Positions 33,091 through 45,450 of a stretch of DNA of 64,000 nt are shown here, one piece after another. The stretch covers positions 496,001-560,000 of the forward strand of contig NW_027117338.1 in the NCBI RefSeq assembly GCF_038025025.1. Reading direction: 5' to 3'. The notes below the pieces were generated by a model that did not search any database, was not told where the DNA came from, and was given only the letters and a program-made list of their open reading frames with translations. The translations under genes and the position numbers were made by a program. This DNA comes from Phyllosticta citribraziliensis (Eukaryota). Every line of letters begins with the position of its first letter. The stretch's first letter is position 1.

Positions 33091-36000
33091 CTATCCAGCC
33101 CATGTGTCCCACCTCTGAACGCCTATCTTCGGCTCCGGGCTCGCGGGCGTTGGACTCTTGCCCCGCCGCAACGCGGCCATGCCGGCCCCGAGACCAGTCC
33201 AGCCGTCCGGACTAGCGCTCCCCACGACGCCAGCAGCAGCCCTCGAGGTGCCCCAACTGCTCGCCGCAGGTGATCCGACAGCAGCTTGCATGCCGCGTGT
33301 GAAGCAGCCGTAGTGAACGACCACGTCGTCCGGGTAGACGCGGATGGCGCTGTTGCCGAAGCGCTTGCCGCAGACGCTGCAGTGGCGGTCCTCGCCCACG
33401 ACGACGCGCCGGTTGCGCCCGCCGACGCGGTCGACCGAGCCCGTGCCTAGCAGCAGGTCTTTTTCGACCGATAGCTTCTCGACGGCGCGAAGCTGCGCGA
33501 CTATGCGTTCAGAGTTGCGCACGCTGTTGGCGCTGCGGATGCGGCCGCGGAAGTAGGATTCGAGGTCGGCGATTGGTAAAGATGGCGGGATTAGATCAAG
33601 AGTGGATGAGGCTGGGAGGCGAGCACCGTGTTTGGAGAGTAAAGAAAGGGCGGGCTCAAAGTTGGGCGTATGTGGCGATGGGGGAGTGAGGTATAGCGAG
33701 AGCAGAGTATGATAGATGGACGGCTCGGCGTCCTCAGGGTCTTGGTGGAGAAATGCACTTGGCTTTCCTGTGGTGCGTGAAATCTTTGCGGTGGATTGGG
33801 CTGTGATGGTTGAGAGGTAGACTTGATTGCAGTAACTGCGTCCAATTAGCCAAGTCCGAATAAAAGATGGACAAACGTACTCTTCCGCCTTGTCGTAGTC
33901 TTTCACTTGGAAGACATAGATCTGGAGAGCTTGCTTGTGTTGGCCCATCTTGCTCAGCACAATTGCCCTAGCCTCGAAGAAATGAGGTTCTGTCCGCTGT
34001 TAGCAATGACCAGATTAAACGATTCAAACACGTACCATCTTGGGGTAGTGCACGGAAGACCCGAGCTTTGTTGTACTGATTGCTGCTTCTGAGGAAGGAC
34101 TCGACCTTTTCACACCACTTTTCATAGTACCCCTCCTTGTCGGTGATCTCTGGATCGCTACACTTCAACCGATCGAGGTACTCATCAATCAGCCTCTGAT
34201 GAAACTCGGGCGTCTGATCGTTGAGCTCGTAGATGATGTGTTCCAGGTATCTGATAGCCAGATCGTGGTCAATCTTTTGAAGGAATTCCAGAACACGGTC
34301 TCGGGGAAGTGTTTCGGCATTTTCAGTATCGGCGAGGAAAATCTCCATTCCATTCTCAGGGTCTTCTCGGAGCGGCCATTCTGCGTATTCGAGGATGAGG
34401 TCAATCAAATCGGGTGGGAGCTGTTGCAGGTACGATATCGTCCTTTGAGGCCCTTGGAGCGCAACTGGTGCTTCTTCCTCTGCTTCGCCTTTTCCAAACT
34501 TTTGCAAAATCTCGAGAGCCTCATGATGCATCTTCTTCCCGTGCAGAAAATCAATCAAGTCTGTATATCTTCCACTCTCATATAGCTTCTCTCGTACAAC
34601 GTTGGGTTCGCAAAAGTTGTCGAGTCGGAAGAGAGGGCCTGCCATTCCAGGGCGAGCAAACATGTAGGCGCGGAACAGTGTGGTATCTGTGATGCGCGCA
34701 ACCTTGTGCAAGCGCCCTGCCCAGTCAATCTCTTCCTGTATATCTTCTGGGAGTAATATGAAGGGAGCAAAAGGTGGGCGATAATCTTCTGGTCGCTCAT
34801 CCTTGGGAGGCAATGGAGTTTTGAGGGTCCCGTCGTAGTTGATGAATTTTTGAAGTTGCGCTCGGGTCTGCGCCAGGAATCCAAAAAGAGCCGTGACTGC
34901 CAGTGTCAAGTCCTTCCCTTCTACATAAAGGTTAGTGTGAACATCTAATCGATGAGTGCAATCCTTACGCAGGGGTTTCTCTTGGCCATCAGTGTGGCGG
35001 TCAGAAGCCTTTTTGCCCCTGACACTCGCAATGTCACTGTCGACCTTGACAGAGCGCACAGAAGCAGCGTCAGAGTCCTTTCTCTGTTCAGAGACCAGCC
35101 TTCCAAACATGGCTCTCGTGATGGAATTGGCATTTGGTGCATTCTTCTCAGCGGCCGCATTTTCCTCGTCCGCCTTGCCCTCTTCTTCATCCGTATCAGA
35201 CTCACTTTCGCTCTCCTCGATTGATGACAATTCTCCAGCAATAAGCTTTGGGAAAAGCGCAATGACCTTTTCAGGTGGAGCAACAGCGTCGGAAAAGAGG
35301 TCCATGGCGTCCCGATATCGCCGCTGCTCAAAGAGATTCCGAGCCTTGCGGATTTGTACGTCCCTGATGCGCCCCTGCTTGTCCTTGAGGAGTGTGTCTT
35401 CGAGCATGTTTAGCAAGCTAATTGCTTCATCGAAGCGGTTTTGGGTGACAAGCGCATCAATTTGAGCTTCGTAATGCAGGGCGCCCATTCGCCAGATGCA
35501 CCGATCACTGGCCACCAAGAAACCCTTTCCGGCGTGCGCCAGGCTGATATTTGGCTGAGGGACGTGCATGAAGCTGGCGTTGGGAACATGCACAATTTGA
35601 AGGAGATTCAACGTGTCGGGATTCCGGACTTCGAGAGCACCTTTGGATGGATGTTGGAGGGCCAGCATGTACGGATAAGAGTAGCCCAAAGCTTCTGGGG
35701 CCGAGGTCCACGGGATTTGGCGCTTCTCCAGAGCCTTGCCGTCCGTGTCAATGAACAGACTGTTGACGTCCTTGGCAAGAAGCATTTCGCCGTCGCCTAG
35801 TTTGGTGGCCATTGGCTTTGGTACCCAGCTCCCCATTCCCATGTAGCCCATTCCTGATGACCCTACGGCCCCAAAACGAGCTCCCTGTTGACTGTTGACG
35901 TCGCTGAGCGCACCGGGCTTGACAATGTCTGCGACCTCTTGACTTTCAATGTCCACTAGAACAAAACCTGGGTCCATTCCCGCCACAATTTTTGTCCCGG

Positions 36001-36624
36001 TTGCCCATGTCAACGACTTGACAGCGGCTATCAACGTGAGCTCTGCCGTGTCGCCGGAGAGCTCCATGTCCTGCCATGACCATAGTATGATTCTCCTCTT
36101 GACAGCGACAGCAAGACGAGATACGATTGAAGGTATACCAGTCTCTGGATCTTTGACGATGTTGGATATGACAGCGAAGCATGTTGCACCCTTGGTCTTT
36201 TCCAGCCGTTCCTGCAGCTCGTATGTTTGTAGGTCGTGTATCGAGACGTAGTTGTCGCTCAGAGAGACGAGGATATTTGCTTCCTTGATTATGGAAAGCT
36301 GTTGGATCGGTCTGCGCGCAAATTTCTCGACCTCGCGCAAAAGATCTGCAGGTCGCTGTTTGGGTTTCGGCGCGGCATCCTCAGCGCCTTCGGTAGATTC
36401 TGTTGAGGTACTTGGCTCGGGCTCCTCGTTGACTTCGTTGATGCGGTAAATGCGCAGGATTCCCGTGTTGAGTCCTACTAGCAGCCTGTCGCCTGGGAAT
36501 TGTTCAGTAAGAGCTCCGAATGAGCGGCGCTTGGTTGGTTACCATATGCGAGGATGGACTCGATGCGCGACTTGTCCCGCTGCTTGAGCTCGACAATGGG
36601 TCGAGCTGTGAAGGCGGACAGCAT
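33091..36624 (-). CDS. VPS39: HOPS subunit Vps39/Vam6 (AvaB)
   Basis: MLSAFTARPIVELKQRDKSRIESILAYG|DRLLVGLNTG; CNH domain; DTTLFRAYM..LFRLDNFC; C-terminal CSVCGKRFGNS..VHYGC; several introns. Confidence 0.93.
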
Positions 36625-38110
36625 GGTCCCGCCTTCGACTTTGAGGAGCGTTCCTGCTCAGTCCATAAGAAGTGGTGGATGAAAGTTTGAAGCCAAAATC
36701 AAAACAGACTGCGCATCCAGAGAAGGCGTGCAAGGTAGCTCGTCGGTGACGATGATAGGTCTTGGGGATGCCGGTCGTTGCACGTGCACGTCATTGGCGA
36801 GCGTGGCCCGTGCGTCAGCTCCACGTTCATCCCTTCGCCTCTCTTCTCACAAACCTCTCATTCGCACAACGCGAGGTCGATACGCCTGTGGTTTCTCCCG
36901 GATCACTCTCATCAGCCAACACATTGTCGACCTTTGAGACTGGGCATATTGACGCAATGCGCACTCGGGATAGGTCACAAAAATCCCGTGGATCCCACGA
37001 ACATCGATAATTTGCGGACAATCTCCCATCACACCTAGTCCGTGTTCGTCCCCGGTACTGACAGAGTCATTGAGCTTTTCTCAATTCACAGTCTCCCGGC
37101 GATGACAACATTTTTCCCGCCTGTTCAGAGCATCAGTTGAATAGTGCAGCCCCCGAACTCATCAGGACTTGCTTGCTCAGCCTCTTGCCATTTTCCTGGA
37201 ATTTAAGTTGCTGACCCTTGAAGCATCCACTCCTGCCATTCCCACAAAAGTCAAATCAGCCTCACACTGGCCGAAATCGCCAGCTGAGCGCCTCAGGTCC
37301 ATGCCCAATCGACGATGTAAACAAAGCTCCTACGTTCGAAGTTGCTCAACCCATTGCCGCTTTGGTTAAGGTTCAGCATGGGTAAAGGCAACAATGATGT
37401 AAACAAACCTCCTACGTCTGAAGTTGGTTGTGTGTCATGCGAGTCTCCTTTTTCAATTCCTCTGCAGCCGGGCTTTGTCATCTTTGTCTGCCTTCTCTTT
37501 TCTCCTCTCCTGTATTCTGCTCCTCTGCATTCTTCAAAAAATTTCGACGTCAATTGGTCAGCAATCCGGTCTACCTTCATGATGCATCACGCGAACCTTT
37601 GCGGCGCACATTACGAACCACAGCGAGTCCGACAAAGCCGTTCCTCGGATCAGACCAGTGCGAAGATGCGAACGGGTTGGTCAGCTAGTTCCAGCCAACT
37701 ATCATCATAGCGTGAAGCTACCAAGGAAAGAGTTTGGATGCGGTTCATTCCACGCAGCTAGCCGACCCTAGCGCACGGCGATCAGCTTAGCTGCATGGCA
37801 GAAGTGAACAAGTGAGACGGATGCTCCACGACCAGCACCTTTTCCCCGCACACTTTTTGCTCCACCAGTTCGTCAGCGGAACTGTGCAAATCCGACGAGT
37901 GCAACGCGGCCGAGTTCCGTCCTCCAAAAAGGCGGATCTCGGAGCAATCCTGGCCCAGTATGTCATATATCCTGCTCAGCCCAGTGGCTGACAATTGACA
38001 CTTCCAAGTCTTTGGTCCCTTACTTAAATTGAGATTCTCGCTTCTGGATCATCATCTCTGAATTCATCACTTGGTAATACCACCATTGAAGACCTAAAGC
38101 CAAACTCAAG

Positions 38111-38731
38111 ATGTCTGCCACCGAAGCCACGACCACGACAACAACCAAAACCGTCACCTCTTTCACCACCATCCCAGAGGTCCCTCCCCCAGCGGCCCTT
38201 GCCCACTTCGTCCTTCAAACCACGACGGCCAACTTCCCCGCCATGGTCCATTTCTACAAGACGATGCTCTCAGCACATCAAACATTCGGGACAGAAAAAG
38301 CAGCCTTCCTGACCTGGGACGACGAGCACCACCGTCTGGGCATCTTTGCCTCTTCTGACGTCTCCCCACGTTCACCCAAAACGACCGGGCTTCGTCACGT
38401 TGCCTTTAGCTACAACACGCTCGCCGACCTGGTGGCCGGGTACAAGGGGCGCAAGGCCGCCGGCTTCGAACCAGCCTGGTGCGTCGATCATGGCATGTCG
38501 ACCAGCATGTACTATGAAGACCCGGATGGCAATCGCATCGAGTGCCAGGTGGACAACATGAGCAAGCTGGAGGCAATGCAGTTCATGGAGAGCGAGTCGT
38601 TCAGCAAGAATCCGGTCGGCGTGGATTATGATCCTGAAGAGCTGGTCAAGCGATTCGAAAGCGGCGAGGAGTGGGTTGGTTTTGCGGAGAAGGCGGCGCG
38701 GGGAGAGAGGGAAATCAACCTTGCCAGGTAA
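38111..38731 (+). CDS. VOC/glyoxalase-family protein (single-domain extradiol dioxygenase-like)
   Basis: LAHFVL, FLTWDDEHHRLGI, GLRHVAF, VDHGMSTSMYYEDPDGNRIECQVDN; intronless. Confidence 0.9.
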   Translation: MSATEATTTTTTKTVTSFTTIPEVPPPAALAHFVLQTTTANFPAMVHFYKTMLSAHQTFGTEKAAFLTWDDEHHRLGIFASSDVSPRSPKTTGLRHVAFSYNTLADLVAGYKGRKAAGFEPAWCVDHGMSTSMYYEDPDGNRIECQVDNMSKLEAMQFMESESFSKNPVGVDYDPEELVKRFESGEEWVGFAEKAARGEREINLAR

Positions 38732-38921
38732 ATGGGTCTTCTCTGGCTTGCTTCAACAGTTAGATGGTTGAGGCGACTGCATCTGCGCCTTGAACCCGTC
38801 GACACAGCGTTTGGTCATCGCTTTTTTCATCTCCAGTTTCTGACATTCCGAACTTTGCAAAACCTCGATTCAACAAGCGCAATGGGTAGTCATCTACAAG
38901 AGCAAAGCAAAACAGCACGAA

Positions 38922-40589
38922 TCAAGCAGTCTGGCCTTGGCCTGCCTCCTTCTGGCCTTCCATCTTGTCCAACTCTGTCTGCGTTTTCGCCATGTCCTCC
39001 TCCGACGGCATGTTGACAATCATGAGATACACGACGTCCTACAACAAGAAAAGCAGTCAGCAACAATCTCCTCTTCGGTGGAAAAACGACGTACCTGTCT
39101 CAACGCCTTCTTGACAGAGCCAATCAGCCCAACGCGTCTGGGCGGCGGCCTGCGCGCACGCGACCCCGAAGCCGCCCTACTCCTGCCCACAGGCCTTCCG
39201 TTTGCAGCCGGGCGAGGCGCCGGGCTGGTCGATTTGGCAGCTGGGGCTTCTCCATTAGTATCGCGAGTCTTGTTCTTGTTGTACAAGTCGATGCCCCTGC
39301 GAATCAACCCACGGTGTTGGATGCGGCCGCCCGAGATCAACGTGATGAGGCCGCCCTGGTAGGCAGGGTGCGTGGGGTCACTGAGGGCCGACGCAAACTG
39401 CGGGTCCTTTGGCAGAAGCGTCGAGTCGGGGTTTTCCTGCAACTGTGCGGGAGGTGAGTGTGCTGTCCGAGAAAGGGGTCAAGGTGGGTGTGGCGCAACT
39501 TACAAACACGGCCTGCGCCCGCCTGTCGTAGTACTCCTGGACGAACTTGGAGCCCCTCCTCACCTTGTCCTTGACGTCCTGCTTCTCCTGCGTCTGGCCC
39601 TCAGCCGCCGCGTCGTCCAGCGCCGGGAACACCAGCTCCGCCGCCTCGGGCAGCTCCGCCTCGCCGTACGTCTTGCCGCTCGTGAAGCGGAACTTGCGGC
39701 CAAAGTCCTTGGTCTTGGAGCCCGAAGCCTGCCCATACTTCATGATGGCCGCATTGATGTCCAAGGGCTGTGCCGCAATAGGCCGTTCCGTGTCGCTCTT
39801 GAACGACACGATCATGGCGTAGAGCCCGCGCGGCCGGAAAATGGCGTCGTTGGCACGGTCGAGGAAGTTGTTGGCGCTATAGCGCGTCTGGAGCATCACG
39901 GCTGGGACCATGGCGGCTTGGATGGCCGTGCACACCGCAGCCACTGTGATGTCAGGCACGAAGCCGGCAATGGTGGTCCCGACGAAAATGACGTTGAAGA
40001 CGGGGTGGATCTGGCTCTCGCGATGAAAAGCCGACAGAAACGACATGAAAGACGCTTCGTCGATGCCAGCGGAGCTCAGCGAGGGAGCATATGCTCTGAC
40101 GAAGCCGCGAGCCTTTTCGCGAGGACGGCGCTGGGGAAGAATCACAGGAAAAGGGAGTCGAGCCGCGCCGGGCTGTGCTGGCGGAGCTGATGCCAGGTTT
40201 TCGACAATGGTCTGAATGCGCTTGTTGGAGCTCTTTTGCGCCTCCTCGGTCTCCGCGTAGGCAGGTGGTTGCTCGTCCGCAGGCACTTCCTCCCACACCT
40301 CGTCTGCAGCGTCGTCCAGCTCCCAGACTTCCTCGTCTTCTTCGACGCGGTCTGGGATGATGACGTTGACCGGCTCGTCTTTTTCGCTCACTTCCTCTGC
40401 CGACACAGCTTGCCCGGTTGATTTGAGGTGCTCGGCTTCCTTTTCGGAGATTTCAATGACTTCTCCTGTCTCTTGGGGTGTCGAAGCCAGGGGTTGGGTG
40501 GATCCATTCGTTCTGTTCGCTCTGCGGTGAGCCATTGCCTCGTTGGCGAGGCCAACACCGTTGCTGATAAGCTTGACTAGGAGAGGCAT
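38922..40589 (-). CDS. Conserved fungal hypothetical protein
   Basis: PVILPQRRPREKARGFVRAYAPSL, NNFLDRANDAIFRPRGLYAMIV, LPEAAELVFP, YYDRRAQAVF, GGLITLISGG, DVVYLMIVNMPSEE; two introns (the second 39039-39094). Confidence 0.8.
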
Positions 40590-41248
40590 TGTTGTTTGAA
40601 TGAGATAGAGAGGTCGCTTTCTGCGGGGCGAGGCTCGAGCTATTTCTACCTCCTTATATTATGTCAAGCAGAGCTCCAGAGGCGCAAGCTGAGCTCGAGC
40701 TGCCAGCTGCTTTGGGGCTAGTCCACTATGGCCTCTCATAATTTCGGGGTTACCTCACGTCAGCGCGCGACAGCTGCCAATCAGGAGATGGATTCCAAAA
40801 TTGGGGCCGGAGCTCTTTGGCGTCTACCACGGATTTTTGACAGCCCAGAGGCTGGACCCTGCGATGCAGCGCACATGGAAAATGCCGTTTCAGAGAGGCT
40901 GTCCAGCTCCAAGGTACGTGTGGTGGACAGTCACGCGCCTTGAAGTTTGTCGGTCCATGTTTGAGCCATGTGGTCGCGGTGTCGCGGCTCCCAAGGTTGA
41001 CTTTGGCGCCCTGTGAGCAGATGATTGTCGCTGGATCGAGGGGGCCTTCTAGACCCTAGCGTAGACCCCTTGAAAACACTCAAAATGACGAGAGCTGGCT
41101 GCAACTCTTCAGCGAGAATTGGGAACACAGCGCGGAGAGCCGGAGAGAACTGAATCCGTATTGTCAAAAACTTTCGATTCCAGTTCAATCAGGCTGAGAA
41201 GAAAAGGAATGGGCTTCTCCCATGTGTGTGTGATCTAACTCTTTCTCA

Positions 41249-41858
41249 TCAGGCGCTTTTCCGTGCCGGCCGACACATGGTCAAAATTGCAAAGTCGTGT
41301 GCCATACCCCAAGTACCCGCAGGCACTATTCTTCTCTCAGTCTCTTCAAAGCCTTTGCGTTTCCAATACGGAGCCGCACGAGTTTCTCCGCACAGCAGCC
41401 ACAGTCGAATATTCTTCGAGTCTGGGTTGGCGCTCCTTTGCGACACAACCACCTCTTCGACCGCGGCACAGCTCGCTTCCGCCAGCCCGTTTTGGCGCCA
41501 TTCTGGCGGGCAAGCGACAGTTGAAAGTTCGAAATCGTCGGTGTCCTTCAGGGCTCAGTTTCTCGTTGCGTTGGCGGGCTCGAGAGCGTCGGCTTACCAT
41601 GCTGTCTCCTTTCCAAGGGATTAACGAAGCAGTGGCAACTGGCACGCCTTCAATGAAGAGGACAGCGCATGTTCCGCTGCCCAATCGCGCAAGCATTTCT
41701 GCAGCATCATCGAACCGGAATCCTTCGGTCTTCGCCTGACCTTTTGGGGGGTGGGAATAAGACCTGTTGACGAGATCAAGGAGCTCGGCCAGGAAAGCCG
41801 GATCATTGATCAAATCTTGCGCGTTGAAAAACTTGACATCGTGCGTCGCAACCGTCAT
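41249..41858 (-). CDS. GNAT-family N-acetyltransferase
   Basis: LLDLVNRSY..VATASL..|DTDDFELSTVACPPEWRQNGLAEA (motif A)..PYWKRKGFEE. A GTAAGC..AAG intron at ~41546-41597 joins the two ORF-track fragments. Confidence 0.8.
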
Positions 41859-42367
41859 CGTTAGAAGTGTTCTAGGGCAAAGTCGCTGTGGTTTGATGAA
41901 GCTTGGTTTCAGTGACAGGGAATCCTCGGTAAGCAAGGTACGTACGGAATAATAGAAAACGTAAGGAACATTCAGACTCAGGAAGCGTGAACCGCGTCGC
42001 AGACTTCTGCGGTTTCATCAGTACTTATATTGGACCCGAACAAGGGTTGAGACGGGACATCAAAATAAGAGTCATAGATTAGGGTCAATGCTTCGCTTGG
42101 GTCCGAAATGCAAAGATAAGCAGAGTTAGAAAGAATCCTCCGCACCCCCTGCATGCAGACTCGTGAAAGTTGACCATAAGCCGACTTATCAACTCAAAGA
42201 AGCCACGTCTGTGTTCTAGTAAACTACTCTTCGCCCAATCGAGCTCCGGATCTTGAATGATTCCACAACGGTCTATATATTACAACAATGGCATATCAAC
42301 GCCATTTCATAGTCTGCTCATGCAAACCCGGGGATCTTAAGCAGACCACAAGTAAAACGACATACCT

Positions 42368-43201
42368 TCACCAAGGCAACTCTTGACCTTCTCGATGCCA
42401 GAATTTCCCCGTCTCTTCAATCTTTTTGCTCATAAACACCTTGAACAGCTTTTGCGCTGCCTCATCCGGATTCACAGCATCTCTCAACTGTTCAGAAGTC
42501 TGGGGGACGAGGCCGGTTCGCACGATGCCTGGGTGGAGAATGGCGACGACCACACCCTTATCCTGGAGGTCGACGGCCATGCTCTTGCCAATGCTATTCA
42601 GCGCTGCTTTTGACGAGCGGTACGCATAAGTGCCACCGCTCGTATTGTCGGCAATGCTACCCATGCGACTCGACATGAGGCCAATGCGGGGATTCTTGGA
42701 CTTGAGCAGGTTGGGCAGCAGGGCCTGGGTGAGGAGCAGCGGACCAAAGGTGTTGACGGAGAAGACGGAGAGGAGGGAATGGTGGTCGACGGTGGTCAGG
42801 GAGTCGCGCTCCTTGGGGGCAATGACACCTGGGCGGCAGCCGAGTAAGCATTCGCGACAGGCCATTCCGGAGGGAGCTGGGAATATACCGGCAATGTGGA
42901 GAAGCAGGTCGAGTGGCCCATCGCCGTAGCGGTTCTCCTTGAAGTTGGCGACGGCCTCGGGCGAGGACACGTCCAGGCGCGCTGTCCGGCAGCCCAGGCT
43001 CTTGAGGTTCTCTCCTTCGTAGATGTCTACGGCCATGACGTCGTAGCCCTGGGAAAGTTCGGTTCAGACTGCGCGACGCAGCGATGGAAAGGCGCATTCT
43101 CGTACCTGCTTGATCAGAACTTTGGCAAACTCGAAGCCAATGCCAGAGTTGGCGCCTGTGACCAGTGCCGTTGGCTGAATCAGGTTGGTTGGAGGGGGCA
43201 T
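42368..43201 (-). CDS. Short-chain dehydrogenase/reductase (CsgA/C-factor-like)
   Basis: ALVTGANSGIG, VNTFGP, SSRMGSIADN, YAYRSSKAALN, HPGIVRT; two introns. Confidence 0.9.
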
Positions 43202-43712
43202 GTTGGGCAAGGCGGAAGACAACACCAGGACGACGACATGGTGCTGGCAGCCTCAGCAGCAATATAAGCCGCTGCCATATGTCTCCAGTCTCGTGGCGAG
43301 TCCGACAATGGTGGTTTCTTACAAATGTGTTGGTGCGGGGGCTGACGTTTTGACGTGGTAGCGGATCTGCGTCCGACAAGCAGGCATGCAGCCTCCAATC
43401 AATCTGCTTTCGTCATATTCGCCTTAAACAACCGCGGTTCTTTTTCGCCTTCTCCTGCCCGCCTGTTCACTAACTGCGCATGCCATCGGGAATAACACTG
43501 TCAACCACGCGGGCGTTCAAGAGCTTGGATGAGAAATAGGGCAGAGGCTGCAGCGCGCTACCGTAGCATCAAGGATTGCCCACGCAGGACGGAAGTTGAC
43601 GACAACCTGACGCAACCTGGGGGCGCGTCGCCCAATCCAACCACCCACGCGAAAGAGGGTCTGTACACCAAGACCACCGCGCTCGTCGAGTACAGTCCTC
43701 GACCGGCTGGCC

Positions 43713-45038
43713 ATGCGGCTCCTCGCCGCAGGCTTCAACGCCCACGGCCAGCTCTCGCCCAACGCAGGCCCGACCATTTCGACCTTTTCCGAAATCGCGC
43801 GCAGTCAGCCTGGCGAGCCCATCGAGGTCTGCTGGGCCGGGTGGTCCGATGTCGTGCTGCGGGTTGGGTCTCGAGGCCCTCGCTACTACTGGCGCGGGCA
43901 CCAGGGAGAGCTCGAGCTGCGGGTGCTGGCAACCCAATCTCCTGACGGGGAAAACGGCGAACGCGACGCGGCGCCGCCGTCATTGCATTCCTTCTTCGGC
44001 ACGCATGATGGATGTCGCGGCGCTGTAACGAGCGAGTCGAAGCTGTTTCTGTTTCCTGAAGGCTCGAAGCTGAGTGACGAATCAATGACAATGACATGTT
44101 CGGCAACGGACTTCAGATGCACACACGTCGCCGTCAACGGCGTCGGTAGAACCGTAGTCGCAATACCACCTCCTGACAAGCACACCAAAGCTTCTCCGAC
44201 ATCAACAACACTCTGGGAATTCAGCAGTCTGGACGACTTCATCGCCTTCGCACGCAACCCTTCCACCAACGTCCCCACGCCTCCCCAGCACCCATGCACA
44301 TCACACACCATCTCCAAGTCCCCTCTCCGAGCTTTGCACGCCGGCCAGACATTCCACCTGGCGCACTCCGCATCGTCACTCGAGTCGTGGTCCACAGACC
44401 TGCGGCACGCCTCCTCCCTCGGCCGGCCCACAGACGAAACACCATGCACATCGCCCTCCCCCGTGACCGGCTTCTCCTCGACCAACGACGACGACGAGAG
44501 CACCGCTCCCGCAAAGGCAGCCACATGCGCCAACAGCCACCTCGCGGCCGCCCTGACGCGCGACGGCAGCGCGTACATCTGGGGCACGCACGGCGCGGCC
44601 GACCCGCTCGACGCAGACGCAGACGCAGACGCCGACGCCGACGCAGACAGCCGCCTCGCCCTCTTCGCCTCCGCCGAAGCCGACGGCTGGAGCCCGCCCG
44701 ACGGCCCGCTCCCCGTAGCCATCGACGCGCTGCCGGACGAGCAGCTCGTCGACGTGGCGGTGGGCGCGGCGCACGTTGTCTTGCTCGATCGCACGCGCGG
44801 CGTGTGGGTTGCGGGGGGCAATGCGGAGGGGCAGTTGGGGGCGAGGTTTGTGGGGGAGGGGGCCGAAGGGAAGAGGGAAAGGGAGAGGGGGAGGCGGTTT
44901 TTGAGGGAGTTTCGGAGAGTCGATTTGGGTGATGGGGAGCGCGAGGGGAGGGTGAGGGTCAGGGTCGTGGCGTGTGGGTGGTATGCGACGTTCTTGCTGG
45001 TTGAGGATGTGGATGATGAGGTGGAGGTTGGCGTATGA
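43713..45038 (+). CDS. RCC1/BLIP-II repeat protein
   Basis: LLAAGFNAHGQL, ALTRDGSAYIWG, DVAVGAAHVVLL..VWVAGGNAEGQLG, VACGWYATF; (DA)n microsatellite at ~44610-44648. Confidence 0.8.
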   Translation: MRLLAAGFNAHGQLSPNAGPTISTFSEIARSQPGEPIEVCWAGWSDVVLRVGSRGPRYYWRGHQGELELRVLATQSPDGENGERDAAPPSLHSFFGTHDGCRGAVTSESKLFLFPEGSKLSDESMTMTCSATDFRCTHVAVNGVGRTVVAIPPPDKHTKASPTSTTLWEFSSLDDFIAFARNPSTNVPTPPQHPCTSHTISKSPLRALHAGQTFHLAHSASSLESWSTDLRHASSLGRPTDETPCTSPSPVTGFSSTNDDDESTAPAKAATCANSHLAAALTRDGSAYIWGTHGAADPLDADADADADADADSRLALFASAEADGWSPPDGPLPVAIDALPDEQLVDVAVGAAHVVLLDRTRGVWVAGGNAEGQLGARFVGEGAEGKRERERGRRFLREFRRVDLGDGEREGRVRVRVVACGWYATFLLVEDVDDEVEVGV

Positions 45039-45450
45039 TATGGTGAGGTGTATGCGAGAAGTTGGGATTGGACGATGTGGGTGATTATTGAATGACTAGA
45101 TATTCATCAATCACTGCATTGTAGCATTCTCAAATTACTGGTTGCAGGGCACTCAGTTCATGAGATATAGACGCACACAAATAGAACGGTGCAATGATCA
45201 CAGCATCTGAGCAATCATAAAAGACATATTTCTGAATAAAAGGCTTGAATCTCAAGCAGACCACCTCTTCTCGCCCCCTGACAGAACAAAGAAAGTTCGA
45301 GTCAAACAATTGACAAAGGAAATCGTAAGTGAGTGTGGTTAGGACAAGGTCGCGTAGCAGTGCCACACGGCACACACAAACGCAGCCACAATCCCAAAGC
45401 GAAAATGGAGAGACTTAACTTTCTCCTACCAGACAAACAATGGGAAAACC

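Noticed and set aside
41249..41936. Frameshifted GNAT pseudogene
   Set aside because: A canonical GTAAGC..CTGAG..AAG intron joins the two frames into an intact gene.
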